Positions 18,605 to 28,639 of a stretch of 45,449 bases of DNA are shown here, piece after piece (the stretch's first letter is position 1; each line of letters opens with the position of its first letter). The translations under genes and the position numbers were made by a program. Under the pieces are notes generated by a model. The model saw nothing but the letters and a program-made list of their open reading frames with translations. It was not told where the DNA came from and ran no database searches. The DNA is taken from sequence record DRR378314_2133. The stretch is one strand, 5' to 3'.

Positions 18605-20201
18605 AGGTTTGTTCCAATTCCCAATTGGCCCTTACCTCCAATACATTGGGGTAGTAGGTGACTTTTTCTGGCTGAATTCTTTGAAGGTAATTTCCAGTAT
18701 CCCATTTTTGATTACCATTACTATCGAATATGACCCGGATAAGATATTTTGCCGGTTTAATATTGGTGAATTCAAAGACCTTTTCTTCATTGGCGAACAA
18801 TTCCTTTACGGTAGCCCCTTTTTCGTCTGTTAATTGTACTATCAAAGGGTAGTTGACAGCCCCATCCAAGGTAAGTCTTAAATTCCCGAAATCTGCATAA
18901 CTTTTGGTAGACAGTTTAATGGATATGGTGTCATTTTCGGTTTCAAAAAAATCGACTACTGCTCCTGGGAGTAGTTCCAGGTCGTAATTTTCGTTGGGCT
19001 CCACTTCAAAATCAAAATCAATTTTATTGCCCACAGTATCCAAGGCCGTCATGAATTTTACCTGGGTCGAATCCTTGCGTGACAAACTGATTTTTGAACT
19101 GTCTATACTGGAAATTGGAGTATTGGCCCCTATAAAAAAAGGTGTTCCAAACTCCAGGCTCCCTCTTTGGTTGGGCTGTACAACAAGGGTATCCAAACCA
19201 ACTTTTTTTGTTTTAACGGTAAAGGTATCAATTAGGCTTTCTTTCTCATTGGCAACTGTAAAAACCAAGGAATCTGCTGCGAAGGGAGTAAACCAAAAGT
19301 TTAAGGTGTCCTTTTCCCGCTCTTTGGTGATTTTGGTCTTTACAGTATCCGGAATGTTGCTCAGGACTCTAATCGATATATCTTTTGCATTGCCCTGATA
19401 CCCAAAAATGATCTTGTTTTTAGCTGCAAAATTGGGAACTGAAATACTATAGTCGGGCAATTCCTTAAACATGGTCAGTAAATAAACGGAATCTGTTGGA
19501 AGGTTTATGGTGTCCTTTATAAAGGCAATTTTATCGACTTTTTGATTGAATATGTTGTTTTTGGCCTCATCCTTTACCCCAAACATGGCATATTTTCCCT
19601 CTTTTAGATTTTTTAAATGAAAAATGGGAGTACTGTCCAAGGTGTTGGTAATATAATTAGGTGGTTGCCGATAGATCGTAGAATCGGTGTAAACACTATC
19701 TATTTCATATAGCATTATACTAATAAATGTGTCGGCGTTCTTGTTAAATGCATCCTTGACCACGCCAGATACTGTTAGGGAATCTATATAGTCCCCTGTT
19801 GAAAACACATAAGTAAAATAGCTAAGGGGGTTCCCCTCGTTATTGTCAATTATACTTTGGCCGAAATTTAAGGTATAGGTGGTATTTGCTTTTAGGGTAT
19901 CCTTTATGATAACCTCCACATATCTGTTGGCCGATCCTTGTGGGGATATTAAGGGAGTGTACTTTAAAGGCGGGGAAACGATAAGTTGCTTTTCAATATC
20001 CTTGAGCTTAACGTATTCGTCAAAATATAATCGAATTTTTTTTGAATCAAAGTTTATGGACATGTTCTTGGGCTCTGCCTTTACCAATTTTGGCGGCGTA
20101 ATATCCTTATCACCTCCACTGGGTGCACCTCTACGAGCACACTGTACAAGGGCAGATACGGTTAAAAGCAGAAATATAAACCCTAAAATGCGTTGGATCA
20201 T
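18588..20201 (-). CDS. Ig-like (Big_5-type) domain lipoprotein
   Basis: Lipobox LVQC, then GAPSGGDKDITPP, FDEYV, TYTLNFG..IDNNEGN..YVFSTG; C-terminal DSNGNQKWDTG; ATG 20201 preferred over 20225. Confidence 0.8.
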   Translation of the reverse strand: MIQRILGFIFLLLTVSALVQCARRGAPSGGDKDITPPKLVKAEPKNMSINFDSKKIRLYFDEYVKLKDIEKQLIVSPPLKYTPLISPQGSANRYVEVIIKDTLKANTTYTLNFGQSIIDNNEGNPLSYFTYVFSTGDYIDSLTVSGVVKDAFNKNADTFISIMLYEIDSVYTDSTIYRQPPNYITNTLDSTPIFHLKNLKEGKYAMFGVKDEAKNNIFNQKVDKIAFIKDTINLPTDSVYLLTMFKELPDYSISVPNFAAKNKIIFGYQGNAKDISIRVLSNIPDTVKTKITKEREKDTLNFWFTPFAADSLVFTVANEKESLIDTFTVKTKKVGLDTLVVQPNQRGSLEFGTPFFIGANTPISSIDSSKISLSRKDSTQVKFMTALDTVGNKIDFDFEVEPNENYDLELLPGAVVDFFETENDTISIKLSTKSYADFGNLRLTLDGAVNYPLIVQLTDEKGATVKELFANEEKVFEFTNIKPAKYLIRVIFDSNGNQKWDTGNYLQRIQPEKVTYYPNVLEVRANWELEQTFTLSN

Positions 20202-20254
20202 AGTAATAATGAAAATGTTCAACAAAGAAACAACTAATTTGGAGAATTGTAAAA

Positions 20255-20956
20255 TTAAGGTACTATGGCCATGGAGCCAACATATATATTAATTCCCTTT
20301 GTTGAAGATAAGGCTGTGGCACAGGCCTCCATGGTAGCCCCTGTGGTAATTACATCGTCCAATAATAACACATTTTTATCCTTGAATATATCGTGGTCTG
20401 TTAAAACATAAAGAGCCTGTTTGTTCTGCCACCTTAGTATTCTGGATTTTTTGGTTTGGGTCCTCGTGTTGGCCGTTTTAATTAGTACGCCTTCAAGGTA
20501 TTGGGCGCCAATGTGTTCCGCTATAGATTTGGCAAACAGGGAAACTTGGTTGTAACCTCTTTTTTTTAACTTTTTTTGGTGCAGCGGAACGGGCACTACG
20601 TAATCAATGTTGTTAAGAAAGTTGTTTTGTTTCAATATATGACCATACCAATTCCCTAAAAATGCACCTATTTGCTCTTGGTTTTTGTATTTTAGGTAGT
20701 GAATTATACTTTTTACAATTCCCTTTTCAGTAAAAAACAGAAAAGAACTGGCCTTAACAATGTTAATTCTTCCATAAAATATACGGTCAACAGGGTTTAC
20801 AGCGTTAAAAGTATACTCGGTGAGTGGTAATTGATTTCGACAAACGGTACACATATGTTCTTCTCCTCTATATAATAGAGCATTACATCCAAAACATAGC
20901 CTAGGTAGAAGGACCGTGTTGATATCGTTTAGTATATTTGAAATCTTGGAATACAC
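20255..20956 (-). CDS. comF: ComF-family protein (zinc ribbon + PRTase fold)
   Basis: CFGC..CTVC, PVPLH..RGYNQ, LLDDVITTGAT. Confidence 0.88.
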   Translation of the reverse strand: MYSKISNILNDINTVLLPRLCFGCNALLYRGEEHMCTVCRNQLPLTEYTFNAVNPVDRIFYGRINIVKASSFLFFTEKGIVKSIIHYLKYKNQEQIGAFLGNWYGHILKQNNFLNNIDYVVPVPLHQKKLKKRGYNQVSLFAKSIAEHIGAQYLEGVLIKTANTRTQTKKSRILRWQNKQALYVLTDHDIFKDKNVLLLDDVITTGATMEACATALSSTKGINIYVGSMAIVP

Positions 20957-20999
20957 AAATCTATATTACTATTAACCTACTTAATACGCATGCTTTTAG

Positions 21000-21896
21000 A
21001 TGGATACTGAAGATAATAAATTTAATTATAAGATAATACTTGCCGCTTTGGCAGCTATTATACTGGGTATTCTTATTGCCTTCTATTATAGTTATGCCCA
21101 ATCCAAAAGTCGCATTAGTTTTTTGGAGCAAGAGAAGGAATTGCTTGTTAAGGACCTTACTTTGATGAAATCTGATGTAGATAGGCTCTCCGCACTTAAT
21201 GAAGTAAATGAAATAGAATTACAGGATTCAAAATATAGGGTGCAACAGTTGTTGGATTCCGTGGGACGTTTAAATTTTACGGTCGAAAAATTAAAGGAAT
21301 ACAAAACCGAACTTAGAAAGCTCGAGGCTAAAAATGATAGCCTTAAATTAAAAAATAATTTCCTTAAGTATAACAATATGCTCCTTGGGGACAAATATGA
21401 GGAAACTAGGAAGATGATCGAGGAACTCAGGGGAAAGAGCAGTTCACTGGCGGAGGCCGAAGCTGCACTTAGGAGAAAGAATAAAGAACTTAGTCAGGAG
21501 CTTAAGACCAAAAGCTATCTAAAATTGGAAAACTCGGAGGGTAGTGGTTTTAGGTTTCGATCTGGCAAACATATAAAGACAAATAAGGCGAATATCATAT
21601 CCAAACTAAGGGGCTGTGTTACCGTTATGGGAAATCCCAATTCCAAAAATGAGGAACGGGTAATATACTTTCAATTCTTAAGCCCTAATATGGGAGTTAT
21701 AGAGGATAATGCCAATACCATTTCCGTAAACGGAAATATCTATAGCAAACGCGTAGAACTGGTCTTTATGGGGCAGGAATTTAGCGTATGCGATGCTATT
21801 TCCGTACCGGAAGGATCTTTGGCGGAAGGAACCTATACCCTAAATGTTTTCGAGAATGAAAAATTATTGGCGACTTCTGAATTTCAATTGAAATAA
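21000..21896 (+). CDS. Membrane-anchored coiled-coil protein of unknown function
   Basis: One N-terminal TM helix, about 140 aa of heptad-rich region and a beta-rich C-terminal domain (GTYTLNVF). Confidence 0.75.
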   Translation: MDTEDNKFNYKIILAALAAIILGILIAFYYSYAQSKSRISFLEQEKELLVKDLTLMKSDVDRLSALNEVNEIELQDSKYRVQQLLDSVGRLNFTVEKLKEYKTELRKLEAKNDSLKLKNNFLKYNNMLLGDKYEETRKMIEELRGKSSSLAEAEAALRRKNKELSQELKTKSYLKLENSEGSGFRFRSGKHIKTNKANIISKLRGCVTVMGNPNSKNEERVIYFQFLSPNMGVIEDNANTISVNGNIYSKRVELVFMGQEFSVCDAISVPEGSLAEGTYTLNVFENEKLLATSEFQLK

Positions 21897-21921
21897 ATCT
21901 CTTCATTTTCCACTAATATTA

Positions 21922-21929
21922 TATTTTTG
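21922..21929 (+). promoter_or_regulatory. Bacteroidota -7 promoter element for glyQS
   Basis: TATTTTTG matches TAnnTTTG and lies 4 nt before the ATG. Confidence 0.65.
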
Positions 21930-21933
21930 CCAA

Positions 21934-23478
21934 ATGGTGAAACAAGAAGACGATTTTAAAAAAGTAATCTCGCATGCAAAGGAATATGGATACGTTTTCC
22001 AATCCAGCGAAATTTACGACGGACTAAGTGCCGTATACGACTATGCCCAAAATGGGGCCGAGTTAAAAAAGAATATCCGCGAATATTGGTGGAAAGCCAT
22101 GGTTCAGATGAACGATAATATTGTGGGGCTCGATTCCGCAATATTTATGCACCCAACCGTTTGGAAGGCATCCGGGCACGTAGATGCATTTAACGATCCA
22201 TTAATAGATAACAAAGATTCCAAGAAAAGATATCGCGCAGATGTTTTGGTGGAGGATTATACCGCTAAAATTGAGGCTAAAATAGATAAGGAAGTAGCCA
22301 AGGCAGAAAAACGCTTTGGAGATGCCTTTGATAAAAAACAATTTTTGGAAACCAATCCAAGAGTGGTCGGTTACCAAGAACAGATCAATACCATCTTGAA
22401 GCGTTTGGGAAAATCCTTGGAGAACGAGGATTTGGTAGATGTAAAAAATCTAATTGAGGAACTGGAAATTGCATGTCCCTTGTCCGGATCAAGGAATTGG
22501 ACGGACGTAAAGCAATTTAATCTAATGTTCGGTACCAAACTGGGGGCTTCCGCCGATAGTGCTATGGATCTCTACCTTAGACCAGAAACAGCTCAAGGTA
22601 TTTTTGTAAACTTCCTAAATGTTCAAAAAACCGGAAGAATGAAGATTCCTTTCGGGATTGCCCAAGTAGGCAAGGCCTTTAGAAACGAGATCGTTGCAAG
22701 ACAGTTTATCTTTCGTCAAAGGGAGTTTGAACAAATGGAAATGCAATTTTTTATTCGTCCCGGATCTCAAAAGGAATGGTACGAAACCTGGAAGGAAAAA
22801 AGGATGGCCTGGCATTTGTCCTTGGGCATGGGCCCGGAGAACTATAGATTTCACGATCACGAGAAATTGGCGCATTACGCAGATGCCGCGGCCGATATAG
22901 AATTTAAATTTCCTTTTGGATTTAAGGAATTGGAAGGGATTCATTCCAGAACCGATTTTGACTTGGGAAGCCACGAAAAATACTCTGGTAAAAAATTACA
23001 GTATTTCGATCCTGAACTTAATGAAAGTTATGTTCCTTACGTGGTTGAAACTTCCATAGGTCTGGATCGTATGTTCTTGGCCGTTTTTTCAAATTCCTTG
23101 GTAGAAGAGGAGTTGGATAACAACACTACTAGAACAGTACTTAAATTACCGGCTGTTTTGGCACCTATGAAGGCTGCAGTATTGCCTTTGGTAAAAAAAG
23201 ACGGTTTGCCCGAATTGGCCCAGGAAATCATAGATGACCTTAAATGGGACTTTAATGTGGTATACGACGAAAAAGATGCCGTAGGCCGTCGTTACAGAAG
23301 ACAGGACGCCAATGGTACGCCTTTTTGTATCACCGTAGACCACCAGTCTCTAGAAGATAAAACAGTGACCATACGCCATAGGGACACCATGGAACAACAA
23401 CGCGTGGCCATTGCGGATGTCAAGGCAATTATCCATAAGGAAGTGGATATGAAAAGTTGGTTGAAAAGAATGGAGTAG
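21934..23478 (+). CDS. glyQS: Glycine--tRNA ligase (alpha2, eukaryote/archaea-like)
   Basis: WKASGHVDAF, YLRPETAQGIF, GKAFRNEI, REFEQME, ELEGI, ETSIGLDR, GRRYRRQD. Confidence 0.97.
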   Translation: MVKQEDDFKKVISHAKEYGYVFQSSEIYDGLSAVYDYAQNGAELKKNIREYWWKAMVQMNDNIVGLDSAIFMHPTVWKASGHVDAFNDPLIDNKDSKKRYRADVLVEDYTAKIEAKIDKEVAKAEKRFGDAFDKKQFLETNPRVVGYQEQINTILKRLGKSLENEDLVDVKNLIEELEIACPLSGSRNWTDVKQFNLMFGTKLGASADSAMDLYLRPETAQGIFVNFLNVQKTGRMKIPFGIAQVGKAFRNEIVARQFIFRQREFEQMEMQFFIRPGSQKEWYETWKEKRMAWHLSLGMGPENYRFHDHEKLAHYADAAADIEFKFPFGFKELEGIHSRTDFDLGSHEKYSGKKLQYFDPELNESYVPYVVETSIGLDRMFLAVFSNSLVEEELDNNTTRTVLKLPAVLAPMKAAVLPLVKKDGLPELAQEIIDDLKWDFNVVYDEKDAVGRRYRRQDANGTPFCITVDHQSLEDKTVTIRHRDTMEQQRVAIADVKAIIHKEVDMKSWLKRME

Positions 23479-23499
23479 CTCAGTAATCTACAAGAAATT

Positions 23500-23535
23500 A
23501 AAGGTCCAATAAGTTAAGGTATTGGACCTTTTTTT
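23500..23535 (+). terminator. Intrinsic terminator of glyQS
   Basis: AAAGGTCCAATA-N8-TATTGGACCTTT hairpin followed by a T-tract. Confidence 0.88.
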
Positions 23536-23711
23536 GTTTTATTGGGTTATTGGGAAATTGGTCAAGCATAATAGTTAATAGTCCAAAGGATTCAATCTTG
23601 TAATATGTCTTAATTTTTGGTTTAGTTTAACTATTACCTTAACTAGGTAATGGCTACTCTTTTCTATTTTTGAAATGGCTTCCCCTTGTTTACTAATGTT
23701 AAACCATTCGA

Positions 23712-25364
23712 ATGAATCTAGTTAAACGATTTATATTGCTGTTTTTTTGTGGAACGAATTTTCTTTTGGCACAGAGATCGATATCCTACAACGACAAGTT
23801 ATTTGCTACGGCCAAAGTTTGGGGGTTCTTGAAATACTATCATCCAAATGTCGCCAAAGGTAAATTTGACTGGGATAAGCAATTATTTGAGATTTTACCA
23901 CTAATAGAAAAGGCAAACACAAAGGATGAATTTTCAAAAATTTGTATTGCTTGGATTGAATCCTTGGGTAAAATCAATAATTGCAGTAAATGCCTAAAGT
24001 TATCCAAGCAGGATTATTTCGACAAAAATTTTGATTTATCCTGGATGCAAGATGGCCTTCTGATTTCAAACGAATTGCATGACAAGCTGAAATTTATTGA
24101 ACACAATAGGGCGCTCGGCAAGCAATATTATGCTAGTATTGGTGAGGGTGCTCAAAATGTAAATATTGAAAATGAGAAAGTTTACGAGGATTTTACCTGG
24201 GATAACAGGAATTTAAGAATTCTTACCCTGTTTCGGTATTGGAATAACATTGAATACTTCTTTCCGTATAAATACCAAATGGACGAAGATTGGAATGCGG
24301 TTCTGAAGGAGATGATACCTAAATTCTTGAATGTTAATTCCGAGTTGGACTATCATTTATCCCTTTTGGAGCTTGTGGTTAAGATTGATGATAGCCATGC
24401 TGGCTTTTTTACAGAAATCACCAAAGAATATTTTGGCAAAAAATATATAGCGGCTTTTTATAAGATAATAGACGATAAGGCGGTGGTATTAGGCTTTTAT
24501 AACGATTCATTGGCCCTAGTGAATGATATTCAAATAGGAGATGTGTTTACAAAAGTAAATGGCGAAAGTATCTCCCAAATAATCAATGGCAATGATAAAT
24601 ATATCCATGGGTCAAATCAAGCTACAAAATTGAGAAACAATAATTATTCAATTTTTAATGGTTCAACAGACTCTGTGGAAGTTGAATATCTTAGAAATAA
24701 CAAAGTGCAGTCAAAAAAAGTTGGTCGGTATTTTTTTGAAGATTTCAATTATAAGAGACCTGTAAAGGATAAATGGCGTATTCTGGAGAACAATATTGGT
24801 TATGTTAATCTTGGTTCTCTTGAACGTGATGACGTTTCTGGAATGATGGACAGTTTAAAAAACACAAAAGCCATCATCTTTGATATTAGAAATTATCCTA
24901 AAAACACCTTGTATTCTATTGTATCATATTTGAATTCGGAACCCAAGGAATTTGTAAATTTTACACGGCCAGTATTAAACTATCCCGGCCGGTATACCTA
25001 TGAGAAATATATGAAGGTTGGTAAAGCGAAAGGGTTAAAATATGCCAATAGAGTTGTCTTGTTGGTAAATGAATTTACCCAAAGTTTTGGAGAGTTTACA
25101 GCTATGTGTTTACAGACTGGGGATCAGGTTACCACTATTGGTAGTCAAACTGCTGGAGCTGACGGCAATGTTAGTAAAATGGAACTGCCAGGAGGACTAT
25201 CCACCTGGATATCAGGAATAGGGGTGTTTTATCCGGATGGAACCGAAACCCAGCGAAATGGGATAAAACTGAATTATGAGGTGAAACCTTCAATTTCCGG
25301 AATTTTGGAAGGAAGGGATGAGGTGCTTGAAATGGCAATACAACATATTGAAGCTGGTAATTAA
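23712..25364 (+). CDS. S41-family peptidase, exported
   Basis: Signal peptide; KVWGFLKYYHP, PDZ-like IQIGDVFTKVNG, IIFDIRNYP, TQSFGE (SxxE), GSQTAGADG, QRNGI. Confidence 0.88.
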   Translation: MNLVKRFILLFFCGTNFLLAQRSISYNDKLFATAKVWGFLKYYHPNVAKGKFDWDKQLFEILPLIEKANTKDEFSKICIAWIESLGKINNCSKCLKLSKQDYFDKNFDLSWMQDGLLISNELHDKLKFIEHNRALGKQYYASIGEGAQNVNIENEKVYEDFTWDNRNLRILTLFRYWNNIEYFFPYKYQMDEDWNAVLKEMIPKFLNVNSELDYHLSLLELVVKIDDSHAGFFTEITKEYFGKKYIAAFYKIIDDKAVVLGFYNDSLALVNDIQIGDVFTKVNGESISQIINGNDKYIHGSNQATKLRNNNYSIFNGSTDSVEVEYLRNNKVQSKKVGRYFFEDFNYKRPVKDKWRILENNIGYVNLGSLERDDVSGMMDSLKNTKAIIFDIRNYPKNTLYSIVSYLNSEPKEFVNFTRPVLNYPGRYTYEKYMKVGKAKGLKYANRVVLLVNEFTQSFGEFTAMCLQTGDQVTTIGSQTAGADGNVSKMELPGGLSTWISGIGVFYPDGTETQRNGIKLNYEVKPSISGILEGRDEVLEMAIQHIEAGN

Positions 25365-25369
25365 ATTAT

Positions 25370-27451
25370 TTACAAGCTATACCCCAACCTTAGGCTTCCA
25401 TAGTAATTCCTATCGTTTCCGGGATAGTAGTACCTAGGCTCGGCCCCGCCAAATCCCGTTGTGTTGATAAGTACGGATTGGGCATAGTTGACATCGAAGA
25501 TATTGTTGATCCCAAAGGCTATGTCCATCGATAGCTTTTTACCCAACTGATTTTTATATCCCACTTTACTGTTCACTACATTAAAGGCTTCACTGTAGAG
25601 ACTATTGGCATCCGTCATAGGAATTTCCCCTACATATTGATGGGTGGAATACCAATAAAATTTATTATTAAGTTGGGCTTGTAGACCAGAGTTCAACCTG
25701 TTTTTGGGTACCCCTGTCAATGGATTTCCAGAATAATTGTTGTCCTCGTCTACAAAGGTCACAAAACTATGATCGTTGTAAGTATAGCTAATAAAAGGGG
25801 TTACCCTTAGCTTGGAGGTAATATCCCAATTATATTCCATATCCAACTCTAGACCCTGATGTTGCGTCTTGCCCGCATTCTTACCAATATATTGATCCTC
25901 GCCTACCCGTTGAGCCACCAATAAATTTTTGATATCCATCCTGTAAATGGCCATATTTAGATTTAATCTTCGATCTAGAAGGCGAAATCTAGTGCCTATT
26001 TCATAGTTCATACCCGTTTCTTGGGCTATATCAGGGTTAATAACGCCCTCCGGTGTTAGTGTTTCCTCCACTGTGGGATTGGAAAAACCTCTACTTATAT
26101 TGGCATAAATTGAATTTACTGCTGAAAAACTATAGTTGAGGTTTAGGCTAGGTAGCACAATGGCGTCAAAATCCCTTTCGGCACTCTTATTGTCCGCCCC
26201 TTGATTAAATTCGTCCCTGAAATCGTAATAGGTTTTGTTCACATTTAACCCAATTTGGGTAGAAAAAGCCTTCCCAAAAGGGATAAGTAGATTCCCAAAA
26301 GCATTGAACTGTCGCCTAAACTCCTTGTTATCGGCAAATTGATCGCCCTGTAAACTTCCTTGTCCGTTGTTATCTTGATATAGATTTTCAAATTCGCTCC
26401 ATTGGTATTCATCCTTGTATAATTCTGCACCAAAATTGTAGTCGATCTTGGATTCATTGGTAGTCCAAGCACCGGCGAACTTTGTCCGGAAACCATAACC
26501 GTTGGTGTATTCTTCCAGAATTCCAAATGGTCTGGGCTCGTAATGATCCAAATAGGAATAGAAAATACTGCTGGTGTTTTTCAATTTATCTGAAAAGGCA
26601 TGATTTAAGGTCAGGCCTGCCAGACTATATTTGTTATCCTCGTATCCTTTGGCAGATTTCCATGTAAATGCGGCCTTGGTGGGGTTTTCCTTAAAATCGG
26701 TCTCTCCCAAGGAACTAGGTATCTGGGCGTTGTAATCAACATGGTTGAAGAGAAGGCCAATGTTGGTTTTGGGATTTATTTGATAATTTAAATCCAGGAG
26801 TAGACCTTCACGTTTAAATTTGTTGTTTTCCCTATAGCCTTCGGTCTCCAAATAGCCATAATGTAGGTTTAGAGCGATCTTGTTCTCTTTAAGGCTAAAC
26901 TGGAGATTGTTCTTAACTAGGTTGTAGGAGCCTAGGGTGAAGTTGTTTCTAAAATAGGTGGACTCGTTGGTGGGCTGTTTGGAATTCAGCAAAATTGCCC
27001 CTCCTAAATTGGCGCCATAGTTAGTCGCTTTTGGACCCTTTATTACCTCCACCGAACTTAGATTTTCCAAATCGAAAGATTCAATGGTTGAGAAACCCGA
27101 ACCGTTTGTAATTGGGATATCATTATAGTAAAGTCTTAATTTATCGGTTCCGAACAATGTTCTTGCGCCTACCCCCCTTATGGTAATCCTATTGGTGTTC
27201 AATGCCCCGGACAATATATAAACTCCGGATATTTGATTTATTGCCGAAACCATATCTACGGGACTATAGTTCTGAAATACCTTGGGGCCAACAATTTTGG
27301 TGGCTATAATGCCATTATCTGAGGCCGATTGAAGGGAATCCAAAAGGATTACTTCGTCCAATTCAGTGATGCTATCTCTTTGTATGGGTTCCTGTGCATT
27401 TGATACAAATAGAAAAATTATGGCAAATAGAAATTGTAAGGAGGATTTCAT
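25370..27451 (-). CDS. TonB-dependent receptor (compact, siderophore/metal-receptor-like)
   Basis: Signal peptide; TonB-box-like LDEVIL; plug ITIRGVG..VEVIKGP..YG..GGAI; GINNIFD; C-terminal RNYYGSLRLGYSL. Confidence 0.9.
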   Translation of the reverse strand: MKSSLQFLFAIIFLFVSNAQEPIQRDSITELDEVILLDSLQSASDNGIIATKIVGPKVFQNYSPVDMVSAINQISGVYILSGALNTNRITIRGVGARTLFGTDKLRLYYNDIPITNGSGFSTIESFDLENLSSVEVIKGPKATNYGANLGGAILLNSKQPTNESTYFRNNFTLGSYNLVKNNLQFSLKENKIALNLHYGYLETEGYRENNKFKREGLLLDLNYQINPKTNIGLLFNHVDYNAQIPSSLGETDFKENPTKAAFTWKSAKGYEDNKYSLAGLTLNHAFSDKLKNTSSIFYSYLDHYEPRPFGILEEYTNGYGFRTKFAGAWTTNESKIDYNFGAELYKDEYQWSEFENLYQDNNGQGSLQGDQFADNKEFRRQFNAFGNLLIPFGKAFSTQIGLNVNKTYYDFRDEFNQGADNKSAERDFDAIVLPSLNLNYSFSAVNSIYANISRGFSNPTVEETLTPEGVINPDIAQETGMNYEIGTRFRLLDRRLNLNMAIYRMDIKNLLVAQRVGEDQYIGKNAGKTQHQGLELDMEYNWDITSKLRVTPFISYTYNDHSFVTFVDEDNNYSGNPLTGVPKNRLNSGLQAQLNNKFYWYSTHQYVGEIPMTDANSLYSEAFNVVNSKVGYKNQLGKKLSMDIAFGINNIFDVNYAQSVLINTTGFGGAEPRYYYPGNDRNYYGSLRLGYSL

Positions 27452-27460
27452 GTATTAAAT

Positions 27461-27477
27461 TTAAGTTTCAAACTTAA
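27461..27477 (-). promoter_or_regulatory. -7 promoter element (TAAGTTTG on minus strand) inside a perfect 8-1-8 palindrome
   Basis: TTAAGTTT-C-AAACTTAA; the reverse complement of 27469-27476 is TAAGTTTG, upstream of the TBDR ATG at 27451. Confidence 0.6.
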
Positions 27478-27696
27478 GGAATATTATCTGATTTTTTTCT
27501 ACTGAAACTAAAAGGGACCATGGATTGAATACTCTAAAATAAGTTTAAACATCAACTATTTTACTCTGCCTTTTCGGTTACAAAAAACATTGGCTATTTT
27601 TAGCCCAATTATGGTTAAGTACGCATTGAATTAAATACAGGCACATGGGCTTTGCTTGGAATTGAAACAGGGTAGGTGCCGGATAAATATATTTAA

Positions 27697-28458
27697 ATGA
27701 AAATTGTTTCTTATAACGTAAATGGAATCAGGGCTGCGGTGAACAAAGGATTTTTGGATTGGCTAAAAACAGTAAATCCGGATGTGGTCTGTTTGCAAGA
27801 AATTAAGGCCAATCGGGATCAATTGGACCTGGCCGTTTTTGAGGCCTTGGGTTACCACTATCATTACTGGTACAGTGCCCAAAAGAAAGGATATAGTGGT
27901 GTGGCAATTCTTGCCAAATTACAACCGGACCATGTAGAGTACGGAACGGGAATAGACTATATGGATTTTGAAGGGCGAAATCTTAGGGCCGATTTTAATG
28001 GGGTTTCTGTCATGAGCCTTTATTTGCCCTCAGGAACCAATATAGCCCGATTGGATCATAAACTGCAGTATATGGCCGATTTTCAAGACTATGTAGATCA
28101 TATAAAAAAGGACAAACCTAATCTTGTTATTTGCGGGGATTATAATATATGTCATGAGGCAATAGATATTCATGATCCGGTTAGGAACAAAAATGTTTCG
28201 GGGTTTTTACCCGTGGAAAGGGAGTGGATCGGCAATTTTATGGATAGTGGGTTTATAGATAGCTTCAGGCATTTTAACAAGGAACCCGATAATTATACCT
28301 GGTGGAGCTATAGGGCAAACTCCCGTGCCAATAATAAGGGATGGAGATTGGATTATGGATTGGTAAGCAGGCCATTGGAGAGCCGCCTAAAACGTTCCGT
28401 TATTTTGTCGCAGGCCGTTCATAGTGACCATTGTCCTATTCTCGTGGAGTTGGAGTAG
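27697..28458 (+). CDS. xth: Exodeoxyribonuclease III (AP endonuclease)
   Basis: SYNVNGIRA, CLQEIK, KKGYSGVA, CGDYN, YTWWSYR, GWRLDY, SDHCP. Confidence 0.96.
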   Translation: MKIVSYNVNGIRAAVNKGFLDWLKTVNPDVVCLQEIKANRDQLDLAVFEALGYHYHYWYSAQKKGYSGVAILAKLQPDHVEYGTGIDYMDFEGRNLRADFNGVSVMSLYLPSGTNIARLDHKLQYMADFQDYVDHIKKDKPNLVICGDYNICHEAIDIHDPVRNKNVSGFLPVEREWIGNFMDSGFIDSFRHFNKEPDNYTWWSYRANSRANNKGWRLDYGLVSRPLESRLKRSVILSQAVHSDHCPILVELE

Positions 28459-28639
28459 GAATAAGGGCTTGGAACATAGATTTTGTAGTCATTCAATTGT
28501 GAAGTGATTGCTTTATTAAAGTATATTGGAACGGGGTGTATATTAGAATTAAATTATAATTTTAGGCCTAATCTTCCATCCTTTGAACTTTGATCGGCAA
28601 GGGAATATTGCTAATTTAATTTGACTAATAATAGCGGGC

